In this document: positions 8,082 to 18,630 of the stretch, one piece after another
Numbering within the stretch: the stretch's first letter is position 1
Layout of the letters: each line of letters opens with the position of its first letter
NCBI RefSeq assembly: GCF_905371695.1
Contig: NZ_CAJPMA010000001.1
Location: 1 to 42,854, forward strand
Length of the DNA stretch: 42,854 nt
Origin: an uncultured Campylobacter sp.
GTDB lineage: Bacteria; Campylobacterota; Campylobacteria; Campylobacterales; Campylobacteraceae
Reading direction: 5' to 3'
Notes under the pieces: generated by a model
What the model was told of the DNA's origin: nothing
The model's input: only the letters and a program-made list of their open reading frames with translations
The model's database searches: none
Program-made: the position numbers and the translations under genes

Positions 8082-9770
8082 TTATTCGTAAGTTTTATTT
8101 AAAATATCTACGATCGTTTCGCGTTCGATACTTTCGTAATCTAGTAGGTATTGCGCTACGCTAGCCGTTTGCGGGCTCACTCCGCGTAAAAAGCTGGTCA
8201 TCTCGTCCTTCGCCTGCGCTAAAATTTTATCCACGTCGGTCGGATTTGGCATTAGTGCTCCGCCCATCGCGTATTCAAACACCATTTTTTGCGCTAGCTC
8301 CTTTGCGGCGTTTATGTCTTGCGCCGCGTTTGAAAACAGATCGTTTTCATCGAGTTCTAGCTTGCACATTCCCGCTAGCAGTACCTTTACGCGCGAAAGC
8401 ATTTGCGTTTTAGACTCGATCTCGCGCTCGGCTAGCGTGAAGCGATCTTCTATGAGCGAAATTTTATCGAATTTTACTTCGAACCAATACGCCGCAAGCG
8501 CCTTTGCCGCCTGGTAGGTAGCTAAAATTCGCTTCTCCTCTTCGCTATAACTTAGCACCTTTTTTTTGCCTAAAAGCACCTTGTTTAATACAGCTTCAAA
8601 ATCGCTAAGGTTTATCGTATCGCCGCCTCGTCTTAGCGAGTTGATCGCGGCTTCGTTAACCAGCGTCGATAGAGCCGCGCCGGAAAATCCGACGCTTAGC
8701 CGAGCTAGTTCGTTTACGTCCGCGTTGCAACGCTTGTTTTTAAGATAGGTTTTAAGTATCGCCGCGCGGTCTTTAAAATCTGGCATCGAAAGAAATACGC
8801 GTCTATCGAATCGCCCCGAGCGTAGCAGCGCCTCGTCGATCATTTCGATGCGATTAGTCGCGGCGATCACTATGACGCCCGAATTGTCCTCAAAACCGTC
8901 CATCTCCGTTAGCAGCTGGTTGAGCGTGGCTTCGCGCTCGTCGTTTCTGCCTCCGCCCCTACTCTTGCCGACCGCGTCTATCTCGTCGATAAAAATAATA
9001 GAGGGCGCATAGGCTTTGGCTTTTAAAAACAGCTCTCTAACGCGTTTGGCGCCCATTCCGACGTAAATTTGCACGAAACTAGCGCCGTTTTGGTAAAAAA
9101 ACGGCACGTTCGCTTCGCCCGCGACCGCCTTTGCGACGAGCGTTTTACCTACTCCGGGAGGCCCTACCATCAGTACGCCTTTGGGCATTTTTATACCGAA
9201 ATTTTTGTATTTCATAGGGTTTTTTAAAAAATCTACGATCTCCGCAAGCTCGCTTTTGACGTCCTCTATGCCCGCCACGTCGGCAAAGCTAACGTTTGAA
9301 ATAACCGGCAGCGCAAACGAGTTTAATAACCCCTCGACGCCCGTAGCTTCGGCTTTTTCGCCGTTTTTTAGTTCGGTCGTTTGCTCTTTTTTCTTAACCC
9401 TAGCGAGCGCGACTAAAATGATAAAAAACGCCGCAAAGACGATTAAAATCGTTAAAATTTCGCTCGTATCGACGTAGATTTGCTTGTTTTCTATCGGCGC
9501 TACTTTAAAAAGCTCGCTTAAATTTACGCTATCTTTTACCACTTTGTAGCGGTTATTTTGCGCGTATAAAATTATTTCATCGCCCTCGATTACCGCACGG
9601 TCGATAAAATTTTGGCTAAGCAGCTGCTTATAATCGCTAAAATTTATCGTCTTAGGCTCGCCTCGAAAGCTCGCCGCGATTAATAAAATCGCCAAAAGCG
9701 CGGAGCTTACGATTAAAATATTTTTCTTGCTTTTAAATTTTTGCGTAATTAGCCCCGATATTTGCCTCAT
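8082..9770 (-). CDS. FtsH-like membrane AAA+ ATPase lacking the HEXXH protease motif
   Basis: Two TM segments, [45 protein letters not shown] sits where YHEAGHA is expected. Confidence 0.88.
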   Translation of the reverse strand: MRQISGLITQKFKSKKNILIVSSALLAILLIAASFRGEPKTINFSDYKQLLSQNFIDRAVIEGDEIILYAQNNRYKVVKDSVNLSELFKVAPIENKQIYVDTSEILTILIVFAAFFIILVALARVKKKEQTTELKNGEKAEATGVEGLLNSFALPVISNVSFADVAGIEDVKSELAEIVDFLKNPMKYKNFGIKMPKGVLMVGPPGVGKTLVAKAVAGEANVPFFYQNGASFVQIYVGMGAKRVRELFLKAKAYAPSIIFIDEIDAVGKSRGGGRNDEREATLNQLLTEMDGFEDNSGVIVIAATNRIEMIDEALLRSGRFDRRVFLSMPDFKDRAAILKTYLKNKRCNADVNELARLSVGFSGAALSTLVNEAAINSLRRGGDTINLSDFEAVLNKVLLGKKKVLSYSEEEKRILATYQAAKALAAYWFEVKFDKISLIEDRFTLAEREIESKTQMLSRVKVLLAGMCKLELDENDLFSNAAQDINAAKELAQKMVFEYAMGGALMPNPTDVDKILAQAKDEMTSFLRGVSPQTASVAQYLLDYESIERETIVDILNKTYE

Positions 9771-10974
9771 ATTCGCTCACCTCCACCCATTCTTTTGTTA
9801 TATCCCGCTCGCAATTTATTAAAACTTTATTGTAAAACTGATCGAAGCCCTCGTAAAATTCGCCGCTTTTACTCTCGACTAGGACGCTTAAAATTTCTCG
9901 TCGCAACCTTCTAAATACCAAATTTTTCTCGTCCGTTATCCCTTTTAAAATTTTAAGCCGCTCTTTGGCTACGTCGCCGCTAACGTCGGTTTTAAGCCCC
10001 GCCGAATGCGTCTCTGCGCGAGGCGAATAGCAAAACGCGTGCAGGTGCGTAAGCGGAAATTTCTTAAAATTTTCCAGCGCTTCGCTCCAAATTTCGGGCG
10101 TCTCTCCTGGATGGCCTACGATATAATCCGTCCCTAGCGCAAAGCCTAGGCTAGCAAGCTCTAAAAAAAGCTCTAAATCGCTAAACGCCTCGTTTCTGCG
10201 GCGCATGATTTTTAGCATTTTCTCGCTCGTGTGTTGTAGCGCGATATGCAGATGCCGCTCTAGCCATGTTTCGCGCAAAATTTCGCGAAAGCTCTCGTCT
10301 ATTTGGCTAGGCTCTATGCTGCCTAGCCTAATGCGACGGATGCCGGAAATTTTGCCTAAATTTTGAAGCAAACGCCCCAGCGAGCTACCGCTATCCCTGC
10401 CGTAGCTGCCGATATTAGTGCCCGTTAATACTAGCTCGTTATAGCCGTTTGCCGCTAAAATTTTAGCCTCGCGCAAAATCGCCGCCTCGTCCATGCTACG
10501 CGCCTTTCCGCGTACGGAAGGGATGATGCAGTAGCTGCAAGAGAAGTTGCAGCCTTCTTGGATTTTAATAAACGCTTTCGTGTGGTTTTCGTAATTAGTC
10601 ACGATATCGCGGTCGATCGAGTTTAAATTCCCAAGCTCGAAAAAGCGGTTTCGTCCGCCGATTAGCTCGTTTATGCGAGATTTCTCGCTAGCTCCCAAAA
10701 CGCCGAAAATTCCCGACTTTTCAAATAGCTCTTTGCCCTTACTGACCGCGCCGCAGCCTGTTAGTATAACGCGTGCGCCGCGGCTTTTAGCGCCGTTAAT
10801 GTAGCTTCTAACGCCGCTATCGGCGGAATTAGTCACCGTGCAGGAATTTACTACGATTACGTCGGCGGCGTCTTCGTCGTTCGTTATCTCGTAATCTTTT
10901 ACGTAGCGCTTCATCAGCTCGGTGTCGTAGATGTTCGTGCGGCATCCGAACGTTTTAAAAAACACCTTTTGCAT
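9733..10974 (-). CDS. mtaB: tRNA t6A37 methylthiotransferase (MiaB/MtaB radical SAM family)
   Basis: TFGCRTN, NSCTVT, TGC (UPF0004 domain) and CNFSCSYC radical SAM motif. Confidence 0.88.
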   Translation of the reverse strand: MQKVFFKTFGCRTNIYDTELMKRYVKDYEITNDEDAADVIVVNSCTVTNSADSGVRSYINGAKSRGARVILTGCGAVSKGKELFEKSGIFGVLGASEKSRINELIGGRNRFFELGNLNSIDRDIVTNYENHTKAFIKIQEGCNFSCSYCIIPSVRGKARSMDEAAILREAKILAANGYNELVLTGTNIGSYGRDSGSSLGRLLQNLGKISGIRRIRLGSIEPSQIDESFREILRETWLERHLHIALQHTSEKMLKIMRRRNEAFSDLELFLELASLGFALGTDYIVGHPGETPEIWSEALENFKKFPLTHLHAFCYSPRAETHSAGLKTDVSGDVAKERLKILKGITDEKNLVFRRLRREILSVLVESKSGEFYEGFDQFYNKVLINCERDITKEWVEVSEYEANIGANYAKI

Positions 10975-12557
10975 TACTGCGCGCCGTCCTCGTCTTTTAG
11001 CTCGGTGTGAGCGCTGGGAATTTGACGCCTATCAAAATACATAGTCTGCGTCGGATAGGCGATTTTGATGTCGTCTTCTTTATTAAACGCGTCTATAAGC
11101 TCGGCGCTAATCGTGCTGCGAAGCGCGAGCGTAGCGTAAGAGTTAGACATAAACCAGACCGAAACGTTTATGCCGTAAGGCTCGAAAAACGTGAAAATTC
11201 TGGGCTCCACGTTTGGATTTTTAATGCTATATTGACTGCGAAGCTTCGTCATCTGGCGCTTTGCGATCTCGGTATAGCCTTTTGAATATTTACGCGCTAT
11301 CGTTTTTGCAATATAGGCGGCCTTTTTGTGATTGCTATCGAAGCTAATAGCTATATCGATGCCGTCCCAGACGGTTTTCATCCCGTAGTGCGCGTAATTT
11401 GCGATTAGGTCGGTAAAAATATAATTATTCGGAATAAATATTATGCGTCCCGCACGGCGATTGGTTTTATAAGTGGAATACGTAACGTCCTCAAACACCG
11501 TCATTCTAAGCATCGAAATATCTATCACGTCGCCGACGAATTCAGATCCTGCGTGAAGCACTCGCACGCGGTCGCCTACGTGTATGGAACCGCCGAACAT
11601 TATTACCACCCAGCCTAGCATACTCATAAACATATCCTTCATCGCGATCGCGATACCGGCCGAGGCAAAGCCCAGCACCGTCACTAAATAAGTTACGTTC
11701 TCGATGTACGCAAAAAGTAAAATTACGATAATTAGCGTAACGTTGATAAAATTTAAAAATTTATTGACCGTATAAAAGCGTTCGTTGTCCGTGATAGTGC
11801 GCTTGGCGATAAATTTCGCAAAGAAAAATAGCGCGATAGAGATTAAAATTACGATAGCGATGTAGGCCATGCTAACAAATTGCGATTTTATCTCGCCGCC
11901 GGTTATGTTTACCGCTTCGTCGGCGCGCTTTTCATAGACGTTAAACGTCGTCGTAGCGATCTGTTTGGCCGCTTTAAAGTCGGCTATTTCTTGTCTGGTT
12001 AGTTCAAGCTCGTCTTTATTTAGCTCGCTAGGCATTATTTCCACGAGTTTTGCTAGCAAGTCCTCTTTGCCGCTTAGTTTCTCGATTAGCCCGTCAAGCT
12101 CTAAAATATGCTTTGAATATTCAGCCTTATCGGTTCTTATCTTTTTAATGTAAGAAAAGCCCGAGATTAGCTCGATCGGATTTATTATGCGCGGAGGATT
12201 TTCTACTTCGGGCGCGGCTAACATATTAGAAAACGGCGCGTTTTCGTACTCTTTTAGCAAATTTATCTGCTCTTTTAGCGTCGCGATCCTTTTTTCTAGT
12301 TCGGGCGATTTTTTCGCGCCTTTTTTAACGGCGAATTCGGTATTGCTAAGCTCGCTCGCTAGCTTTTGATAGGTGTTGTAATTTGCGTATCTAGTAATCC
12401 AAACGTTATTTTTTAGCGCGTTATCTATCGCTTGTATCTCTTTTAAAATTTCAGCTCTCTTTGAATAATCAAACCCCGCGTCTTCAAGCGGTAAAGTCGC
12501 GTTTTCGTCAGACAACGCAAAAGCAAAAAAAGTAAGTAAAAGGGCTAAAATTTTCAT
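10974..12557 (-). CDS. MscS-family mechanosensitive channel with large N-terminal periplasmic coiled-coil
   Basis: Signal peptide, helical region, TM helices with LGFASAGIAIAMKD, VGDRV..G.V.DI, IPN and AYPTQ motifs. Confidence 0.85.
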   Translation of the reverse strand: MKILALLLTFFAFALSDENATLPLEDAGFDYSKRAEILKEIQAIDNALKNNVWITRYANYNTYQKLASELSNTEFAVKKGAKKSPELEKRIATLKEQINLLKEYENAPFSNMLAAPEVENPPRIINPIELISGFSYIKKIRTDKAEYSKHILELDGLIEKLSGKEDLLAKLVEIMPSELNKDELELTRQEIADFKAAKQIATTTFNVYEKRADEAVNITGGEIKSQFVSMAYIAIVILISIALFFFAKFIAKRTITDNERFYTVNKFLNFINVTLIIVILLFAYIENVTYLVTVLGFASAGIAIAMKDMFMSMLGWVVIMFGGSIHVGDRVRVLHAGSEFVGDVIDISMLRMTVFEDVTYSTYKTNRRAGRIIFIPNNYIFTDLIANYAHYGMKTVWDGIDIAISFDSNHKKAAYIAKTIARKYSKGYTEIAKRQMTKLRSQYSIKNPNVEPRIFTFFEPYGINVSVWFMSNSYATLALRSTISAELIDAFNKEDDIKIAYPTQTMYFDRRQIPSAHTELKDEDGAQ

Positions 12558-13597
12558 TTAAACTCTCTTAAAATTTTAATCACTTCCTCGCGAGGCAAGT
12601 CGCTTTTTATCACCGCGTCTCCGATACCCTTTGGCAGGATAAATTTTACCTTACCGTTTTGACTTTTTTTATCTAGGCTAAACGCGTCGCAAAACGCTTC
12701 TTCGTCTGAAATTTTATAGCTTACCGGAAGATTATTTTTGATCAAAACTTTCTTTACCCGCTCGGCGTCTCGCTCGCTTAAAAGCCCTAAATTTACGGCT
12801 AGTAGGTTTGCCATATTCATACCGATAGCCACCGCTTCGCCGTGTAAAAAACTCTTGTAATTCGTCTGGTTTTCTATCACGTGCGCGAAAGTATGACCGT
12901 AGTTTAGCACCGCTCTAAGGCCCTTTTCTTTCTCGTCGGCTTCGACTACGCGCGCTTTAATCTCGACCGATCTAGTTACTAGGGCGGTTAAATTTCTCTC
13001 GTCTTTTAAATCCGCGTTTTCAAGTTCGTTAAACATTCGCGCATCGAACGTTACCGCCATTTTTATCGCCTCCGCGACGCCCGCGGCAAATTCCCTGGGT
13101 GGCAAAGTGCGTAAAAATTTCGTCTCGCAATAAACGGCCCCGGGTTGGTTAAAAGAACCGATTAAATTTTTGCCGAATTTGTTATTTACGCCCGTTTTTC
13201 CGCCTACGCTAGCGTCTACTTGCGCTAGCAGCGTGGTCGGTATATTGATAAAATCAATCCCGCGCTCGTAGATGCTCGCGCAAAATCCCGTAATATCGCT
13301 TACCACGCCGCCGCCGAAGGCTATTAACGTGCTTGCGCGGTCAAGCCTGCTCGTAAAAAGCTGCTCTAAAATTTCCTGCGCGACTGTTAAATTTTTATAT
13401 TCCTCGCCGTCGGGGATAGTTACGATAAAATATTCGTCGCATTTTAGAGCGCTAAGCAGCGTTTTTAAATGAAGTCCCGCTACTTTGGGATTAGTCACGA
13501 TCGCTACTTTGCCGGGGATTTCAAGCTCATTATTAAGCTCGTCGATAAAGACTTTATAATTTTTCTCTTTTTGTTTTAGCGTTAAATCTATCTGCAT
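12554..13597 (-). CDS. aroB: 3-dehydroquinate synthase
   Basis: PDGEEYK, GGGVVSD, PTTLLAQVDASVGGKTGVN, LNYGHTFAH, LHGEAVAIG. Confidence 0.97.
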   Translation of the reverse strand: MQIDLTLKQKEKNYKVFIDELNNELEIPGKVAIVTNPKVAGLHLKTLLSALKCDEYFIVTIPDGEEYKNLTVAQEILEQLFTSRLDRASTLIAFGGGVVSDITGFCASIYERGIDFINIPTTLLAQVDASVGGKTGVNNKFGKNLIGSFNQPGAVYCETKFLRTLPPREFAAGVAEAIKMAVTFDARMFNELENADLKDERNLTALVTRSVEIKARVVEADEKEKGLRAVLNYGHTFAHVIENQTNYKSFLHGEAVAIGMNMANLLAVNLGLLSERDAERVKKVLIKNNLPVSYKISDEEAFCDAFSLDKKSQNGKVKFILPKGIGDAVIKSDLPREEVIKILREFK

Positions 13598-13635
13598 TTT
13601 AAACCTTTGGCCGATTTTATCTAAAATTTCATAAA

Positions 13636-15060
13636 TTACGCGCTAGTAGGCACGAAAAGCTGCGCGTTTTTGCCTAAAATTTTATAAAGCCTATTTAGGT
13701 CCGCGCTTAAAAACGCAAGCTTATTGTCGTTTGCTATTTTTTCGTCGAAAACTACGAAATGCAATAAATCTTTTTCGTTTTTTAGCTTTACGAGCGGATT
13801 TATATCGCCGCTGCTTTCGATACTAATACGCTTTGAAAATATCTCGCTAAGGCTTTCAAAATGCTCGGCAAGCGCGGTTTTATCGCTATTTTTAGAGTCA
13901 AAATGGTAAAATTTTACCTCTATTTGAAGCTGCGCGCAGCAATCCACGATCACGGCGGATTGATTTTCTATCTCGTCGCCTTGGCTGCCTAAAATAACAC
14001 CCTGCTTCACCTCTTTTAAATTTTTAACGCCGAGCTTTAAAACGGGTAGTTTCAGCGCGTAAAGCACGGTCTTAAATTTTGAAAAATATCCGTCGTCGCA
14101 AACTACTAGGCCGACGTCTAAAAGTGGAATTTCCGATGCGAGTTTTGAGTTATTCTTTGAAAAATAATCCATCAAAACCGCAATATTTTTATCGTCTAGC
14201 GCCTTTAAACGGTCTAAATTTTTACCCAAAGTCGGGTTCAAAACCTTAAAAAATAGCCGCTTATTTTTTAATTTTTCGTGTAGAAATAGGCTATCGTCAA
14301 TAATTTTAGCTACCCTAGCCTCGCTCATTAGGCGCATATCGATTACGGCGTATATGTTGCTTCCAAAAGGGCTCGGGAATTGCCCGCTCTCGCGTTTTAT
14401 AGCGCGGTAGACGTTTTGCAATACGCTAGGCTCGCCCGTAAGCAGCAGCGTATCGCCTGGACGGATAGATTCGGCGGGTTTTGGCATTAATATCTCGCCG
14501 CCTCGATATATCAGCGCGATACGCCACTTTTTTTGCTTGATCTGACCGACTCGGCGATACATATAAGCGCTTCCTACGGGTACTTTTACCTCCATTATTT
14601 CGCCTTCTATCAGTCCGATATTATCGGCAAATACCGGCACGTCGGGCAAGCAGTCCATAAGTCTAGCCGCCGTTATGTCTCTAACGTCCACTACGTCTAG
14701 GTGTTTATCTTGCAAGAAGCGCTCTTTTTCGCGCTCGCTTAGCTGCCAAAGATTCATAAAAACAAGGTCGGTTTTCGTGCTTATTTTTCGTAAATTTTCG
14801 TAAATTTCAAAGCTCTCGGCGCGGTTTTGGCTAACGACGCAAAACTGGCTAAAATAGCCGTCGATCGCGCTTTTAAGCTTTGAAAGGCTAGTAGCGTCGA
14901 AGTAGCGGAAAGTAAAATTTTCTAAATTTTGCGCGTCTTCGCCCATGGTTTCGTCGTCGCTGATTATTAAATATTCGTGTTCGCTAATTTTTGAATTATG
15001 TAGGCGTCGCAAGAAATTTTTCGCCAAAATTCCGTCCGCGACTATTAAAATTTTTTTCAT
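13636..15060 (-). CDS. COG3400-like protein with TrkA-N/TrkA-C (RCK)-like domains
   Basis: N-terminal KKILIVADG Rossmann-like start; GEIMEVKVPVGS...IALIYRGGEILMP...GDTLLL.G matches TrkA-C. Confidence 0.75.
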   Translation of the reverse strand: MKKILIVADGILAKNFLRRLHNSKISEHEYLIISDDETMGEDAQNLENFTFRYFDATSLSKLKSAIDGYFSQFCVVSQNRAESFEIYENLRKISTKTDLVFMNLWQLSEREKERFLQDKHLDVVDVRDITAARLMDCLPDVPVFADNIGLIEGEIMEVKVPVGSAYMYRRVGQIKQKKWRIALIYRGGEILMPKPAESIRPGDTLLLTGEPSVLQNVYRAIKRESGQFPSPFGSNIYAVIDMRLMSEARVAKIIDDSLFLHEKLKNKRLFFKVLNPTLGKNLDRLKALDDKNIAVLMDYFSKNNSKLASEIPLLDVGLVVCDDGYFSKFKTVLYALKLPVLKLGVKNLKEVKQGVILGSQGDEIENQSAVIVDCCAQLQIEVKFYHFDSKNSDKTALAEHFESLSEIFSKRISIESSGDINPLVKLKNEKDLLHFVVFDEKIANDNKLAFLSADLNRLYKILGKNAQLFVPTSA

Positions 15061-15085
15061 TTAAACTCCGTAAATTTAAAGTGGG

Positions 15086-15094
15086 ATTATAACA
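15086..15094 (-). promoter_or_regulatory. Extended -10 sigma70 promoter (TGTTATAAT) for the 15060 gene
   Basis: Reverse complement of ATTATAACA; about 25 nt upstream of the start, with a GGAG RBS in between. Confidence 0.65.
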
Positions 15095-15156
15095 GAACGA
15101 GATTAAATTTACGATTGCGTAAAATTCGAGCTTTAAATTAAAGCGCAAAGACGGCG

Positions 15157-15756
15157 CTAAATAGCCTGCGCCAAAAGCTCGTCTATCGCCTGATTAGCCG
15201 CCTTATTTATCGTCTCAAACACCGTCTTTGAGCTAGGATTGGGACAAAATAGCTCTTTATTAACGATACCGGACTTAATAGACTTTTTAGCCGTAAATAG
15301 CTCGTAAGCCATCGAAATTTCAGCCTTATCGCCTCTAATTTGCAGCGAAATTATATTTACTTTTAAGCGCAAATCGTCGGTTCCTGGCGCAAATACGGGC
15401 TTTACGCCGCAGTTTAGATAAGCGCCCTTAACCAGCGCTTTATAGATCATCTCGCTAGGCAGCGTTACGAATTTTGCGTCTTTTAAGTAGCGTATCTCGT
15501 TGTTTTCGGCTACGATTAAAATATTGCTAGTATCGACTAGATCGAGCGCCCCTACGTTTTGAATGTAGATATTTTTACGCCCCTCCGTTTGCGCGCCGCA
15601 TTTTGCGTTTGCGTAATAAAGTTCGTACATCGTAGGCTGCTCTACTTGCATTTTTAGCGAGCATCCGCAGATTATCGTCGCGCTCAAAAACGAAACTAAA
15701 ATTTTATCCGCGTAAAATCTTGCTCGCGGCGCCCCTAAAATTCGTAAAATTTCCAT
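15157..15756 (-). CDS. ABC-type transport auxiliary lipoprotein (PqiC-like)
   Basis: Lipobox-like ICGC after a hydrophobic stretch; last gene of the MCE operon. Exact start uncertain. Confidence 0.7.
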   Translation of the reverse strand: MEILRILGAPRARFYADKILVSFLSATIICGCSLKMQVEQPTMYELYYANAKCGAQTEGRKNIYIQNVGALDLVDTSNILIVAENNEIRYLKDAKFVTLPSEMIYKALVKGAYLNCGVKPVFAPGTDDLRLKVNIISLQIRGDKAEISMAYELFTAKKSIKSGIVNKELFCPNPSSKTVFETINKAANQAIDELLAQAI

Positions 15757-16686
15757 CTATCTCCCCTTTTTATCCGCGCCTTGCACCGGCTCTTTAAAGA
15801 AAAACTCATACGGATTATCCTCTAATCTATCAAGCGCGGCGCGAAATCCTCGCAGCGTCTTTTGAAAATCGCTTAGCAAATTCGTAGCTTCTAAGATCAT
15901 CGGGTTTAAACTCGCTCTTAAATCGAATTCTCCGCCCTCTACCCTATCTCGCACGCTTTTTTGCAGGCCGTTAAATCCGCCTATCGCGCCGTTTATAGAA
16001 GCTATTAGCGTATCCGCGTCTTTTAATAACGCGTTTAAATTTTCGCTCGTTTGTTTTACGTTAAGCCCGTTTAGTTTCGCGCTTAACTCATTTAGATTGT
16101 TTAAAATTTCGCTTAAATTTTTAGCGTTTCGCTCGTTTGCGATTTGCGCGCTAAGATTTTGCAAATTCGCGACTATGCTTTCTAAATTTTGCGCGTTTTT
16201 TTCCGATAGCAGGCGGTCTACGCGCTCTAACGTACCGTAAATTTTCTCGCCCATACTTTGCACGTCGTCTTTTACCTTGCTTAAAAGACTATCTTCAAGC
16301 TTTAATACCGGTTTATCGTCTTTGCTAAAATCTTGCGTTCCGCGACTGATATTAATGCTGGCTACGCCGCTAATTATCTGAAATTCCGTGTTTGCTACGC
16401 TATCTTTTTTTATCGGCAGATCGTCTCTGATTTTTAGCGTTATTTCGATGAGTGCGTCCGCGTCTTTTACGAAATTTATACCGCCTACGCTACCCGCCGG
16501 GACGCCGATAAATTTTACCGCCGAGCCCTCTTTTAGTCCGGCTGGAAGCTCTTTTGTGTAGATATAGTAGTTTTTGTATTCTAGCTTACCGCTATCGCCG
16601 CTCATCCACCATACAAAGCCCACGAACGCCGTCACGCACAACAAAAAAAACATCCCGACGATCGTATAAGAATTCCTATTTTCCAT
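15757..16686 (-). CDS. mlaD: MCE/MlaD-family protein with long helical C-terminal domain
   Basis: N-terminal TM, GLKEGSAVKFIGVPAGSV MCE motif, heptad-rich C-terminus. Confidence 0.85.
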   Translation of the reverse strand: MENRNSYTIVGMFFLLCVTAFVGFVWWMSGDSGKLEYKNYYIYTKELPAGLKEGSAVKFIGVPAGSVGGINFVKDADALIEITLKIRDDLPIKKDSVANTEFQIISGVASINISRGTQDFSKDDKPVLKLEDSLLSKVKDDVQSMGEKIYGTLERVDRLLSEKNAQNLESIVANLQNLSAQIANERNAKNLSEILNNLNELSAKLNGLNVKQTSENLNALLKDADTLIASINGAIGGFNGLQKSVRDRVEGGEFDLRASLNPMILEATNLLSDFQKTLRGFRAALDRLEDNPYEFFFKEPVQGADKKGR

Positions 16687-17428
16687 TATTTACCCTCATC
16701 TTAAATAGCTCTTCAAGCGGATTTCTCGGCGCTTTTTGCAGCTCGCTAAGCGTACCTTCAAAGGCTATTTTTTTATTTTCTATTATTAAAAAGCGGTCCA
16801 ATATATCAAAAATACTATCCGCATCGTGCGTTACCATCACGACCGTAACGCCCAAAGTATCGCGCAGATCTCGCACCAGCGCATCCATTTGGCGGGAACT
16901 AACCGGATCTAATCCGCTATTTGGCTCGTCTAAAAATAGCGCGCGAGGACTAAGCACGAGCGCTCTGGCTAGCGCGGCTCTTTTTTTCATCCCGCCGCTA
17001 AGCTCGCTGGGATAAAGCGCGGCGGCTTCTTTTTTAAGCCCTACTTTTTGTATCCAAAACATCGCTATTTCATCAATCTCGCGCTTTTTAAATTTCGAAT
17101 ATTCGCTTAAAAGCACGCCAACGTTATCTAAAATCGTCATCGAGCTATATAGCGCGCCGAATTGAAACATCGTCCCGCTTTGCAGGCGAATTTCTTGCCG
17201 CGCGCTCTCGTCCGCCCGCCACATATCTTGCCCGCCGAATAAAATTTCGCCGCTAACGGGGCGTTTTAGATACATCATCGTTTTCATCAGCGTCGTTTTA
17301 CCGCAGCCGCTACCGCCTAAAAAGCCGTAAATTTCGCCCTGCTTTACATGCCAGCTAACCGCGTCGTGCATCACGCGCTCGCCGTATTTAGTGGTTACGT
17401 CTTTGCCGACGATTAAATTCTCGCTCAT
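16676..17428 (-). CDS. mlaF: MlaF-like ABC ATPase
   Basis: GGSGCGKT, FQFGALYSSM, PSELSGGMKKRAALARAL, DEPNSGLDP. Confidence 0.88.
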   Translation of the reverse strand: MSENLIVGKDVTTKYGERVMHDAVSWHVKQGEIYGFLGGSGCGKTTLMKTMMYLKRPVSGEILFGGQDMWRADESARQEIRLQSGTMFQFGALYSSMTILDNVGVLLSEYSKFKKREIDEIAMFWIQKVGLKKEAAALYPSELSGGMKKRAALARALVLSPRALFLDEPNSGLDPVSSRQMDALVRDLRDTLGVTVVMVTHDADSIFDILDRFLIIENKKIAFEGTLSELQKAPRNPLEELFKMRVNNGK

Positions 17429-18525
17429 ATTTTCATCCAGTTAAACGCGATCGCGAAAAACGCGTCTATCGTGATAACCCAAAATATCGCGTTTACGACG
17501 CTAAGAGTAGTCATCTCGCCCAGGCTTTGCGCGTTATTTGCGGTGCCTAACCCCCTCATGCAGCCGATTATCGCGATTATCGCACCGAAAAACGGAGCCT
17601 TTATCATACCGACGGCGAAATGGCGCAGCTCGACCGTGTCCCTAAATCTGCTTAAATAATCGCTAAAATCGATCCCTAGCAGTATTTTGCAAACGAACAT
17701 TTGCCCCGTTATACTTACGGCGTCGGCTAAGAAAATTACTATCGGCACGCACGCCGTCATCGCTATTATACGCGGCAAAACCAAAAAGTTAAACGGATCA
17801 AAGCCCATAGTTTTCATAGCGTCTATCTCTTCTGAAATTTTCATAGCTCCGATTTGCGCGGTAAAGCTAGACGCCGAGCGCCCCGCGATTACGATAGCCG
17901 CGATTAGCGGGCCTACTTCTCTAAGGGTTAGCATACCCATAATTTCTACGATAAAAATGCTAGCCCCGAAGCTTGCTAGCATCGAGCTACCTAGATACGC
18001 CAGCACTATACCGATTAAAAACGACGTAAGAGCCACGATAAATACGGCGTTTACGCCCGCGTCGCGAACGTAGTTGCTAATCTCTTTGCCTCTTAAACGC
18101 GAAGGAACGGGTAAAATTTTGGCCGTTTTTATTAAAAATTCGCCCAAAAATCCGCTTAAATCGCGTAAATTAATAAACCCGTCGAATATCTTTTTTCCTA
18201 GCCGCGCCAAAAAATTTAGACGATTTTGCACGGGTAAATAATCGGCGTTTATATTACCGTCGTTAATTAGCGCCAGCATTGAGGCAATTTTATCGTTTGC
18301 GCCTAAAATTTCATATTTTTTGCCGTTTGCGGCGCGGATTATTAAAATTAAACTCGCGTAGTCGATGCGGTTAAGCAAGCTAAAATTTAGCCTTATTGCC
18401 GCATTAAATTTACGAATTCGATCTAGCGCCGCATAAAGCGTTTTTGCGTCTTTGTAGCTAATTTCGCCGCAAAACGAAATTTCGCAAACGCCGTTTTCGC
18501 TTGAAATTTTGATTTTTTCTGACAA
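17425..18525 (-). CDS. mlaE: MlaE-family permease with N-terminal STAS-like domain
   Basis: LREVGPLIAAIVIAGRSASSFTAQIGAMKISEEIDAM..MG..P...LVLPR motif; N-terminal NFSLLNRIDYAS is STAS-like. Confidence 0.88.
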   Translation of the reverse strand: MSEKIKISSENGVCEISFCGEISYKDAKTLYAALDRIRKFNAAIRLNFSLLNRIDYASLILIIRAANGKKYEILGANDKIASMLALINDGNINADYLPVQNRLNFLARLGKKIFDGFINLRDLSGFLGEFLIKTAKILPVPSRLRGKEISNYVRDAGVNAVFIVALTSFLIGIVLAYLGSSMLASFGASIFIVEIMGMLTLREVGPLIAAIVIAGRSASSFTAQIGAMKISEEIDAMKTMGFDPFNFLVLPRIIAMTACVPIVIFLADAVSITGQMFVCKILLGIDFSDYLSRFRDTVELRHFAVGMIKAPFFGAIIAIIGCMRGLGTANNAQSLGEMTTLSVVNAIFWVITIDAFFAIAFNWMKI

Positions 18526-18601
18526 AATTTACCTTGAAATTTTTAAATTTAGCCGCAATTTTACCTAAAATTTATAAATTTGCCTTTACCCGCTAAATTT
18601 T

Positions 18602-18610
18602 TGCTAAAAT
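18602..18610 (+). promoter_or_regulatory. Extended -10 promoter (TGCTAAAAT) for tgt
   Basis: Matches TGnTAnAAT; 20 nt upstream of the start, AAGGA RBS follows. Confidence 0.6.
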
Positions 18611-18630
18611 ACCGTCCAAAAGGATAATTT

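Noticed and set aside
16554..17015. Longer antisense ORFs (also 2211-2672, 17687-18073, 29865-30269, 34702-35067 and others)
   Set aside because: They lie opposite well-conserved genes, are Ser/Phe/Arg-rich as expected of reverse frames, and show no domain motifs.
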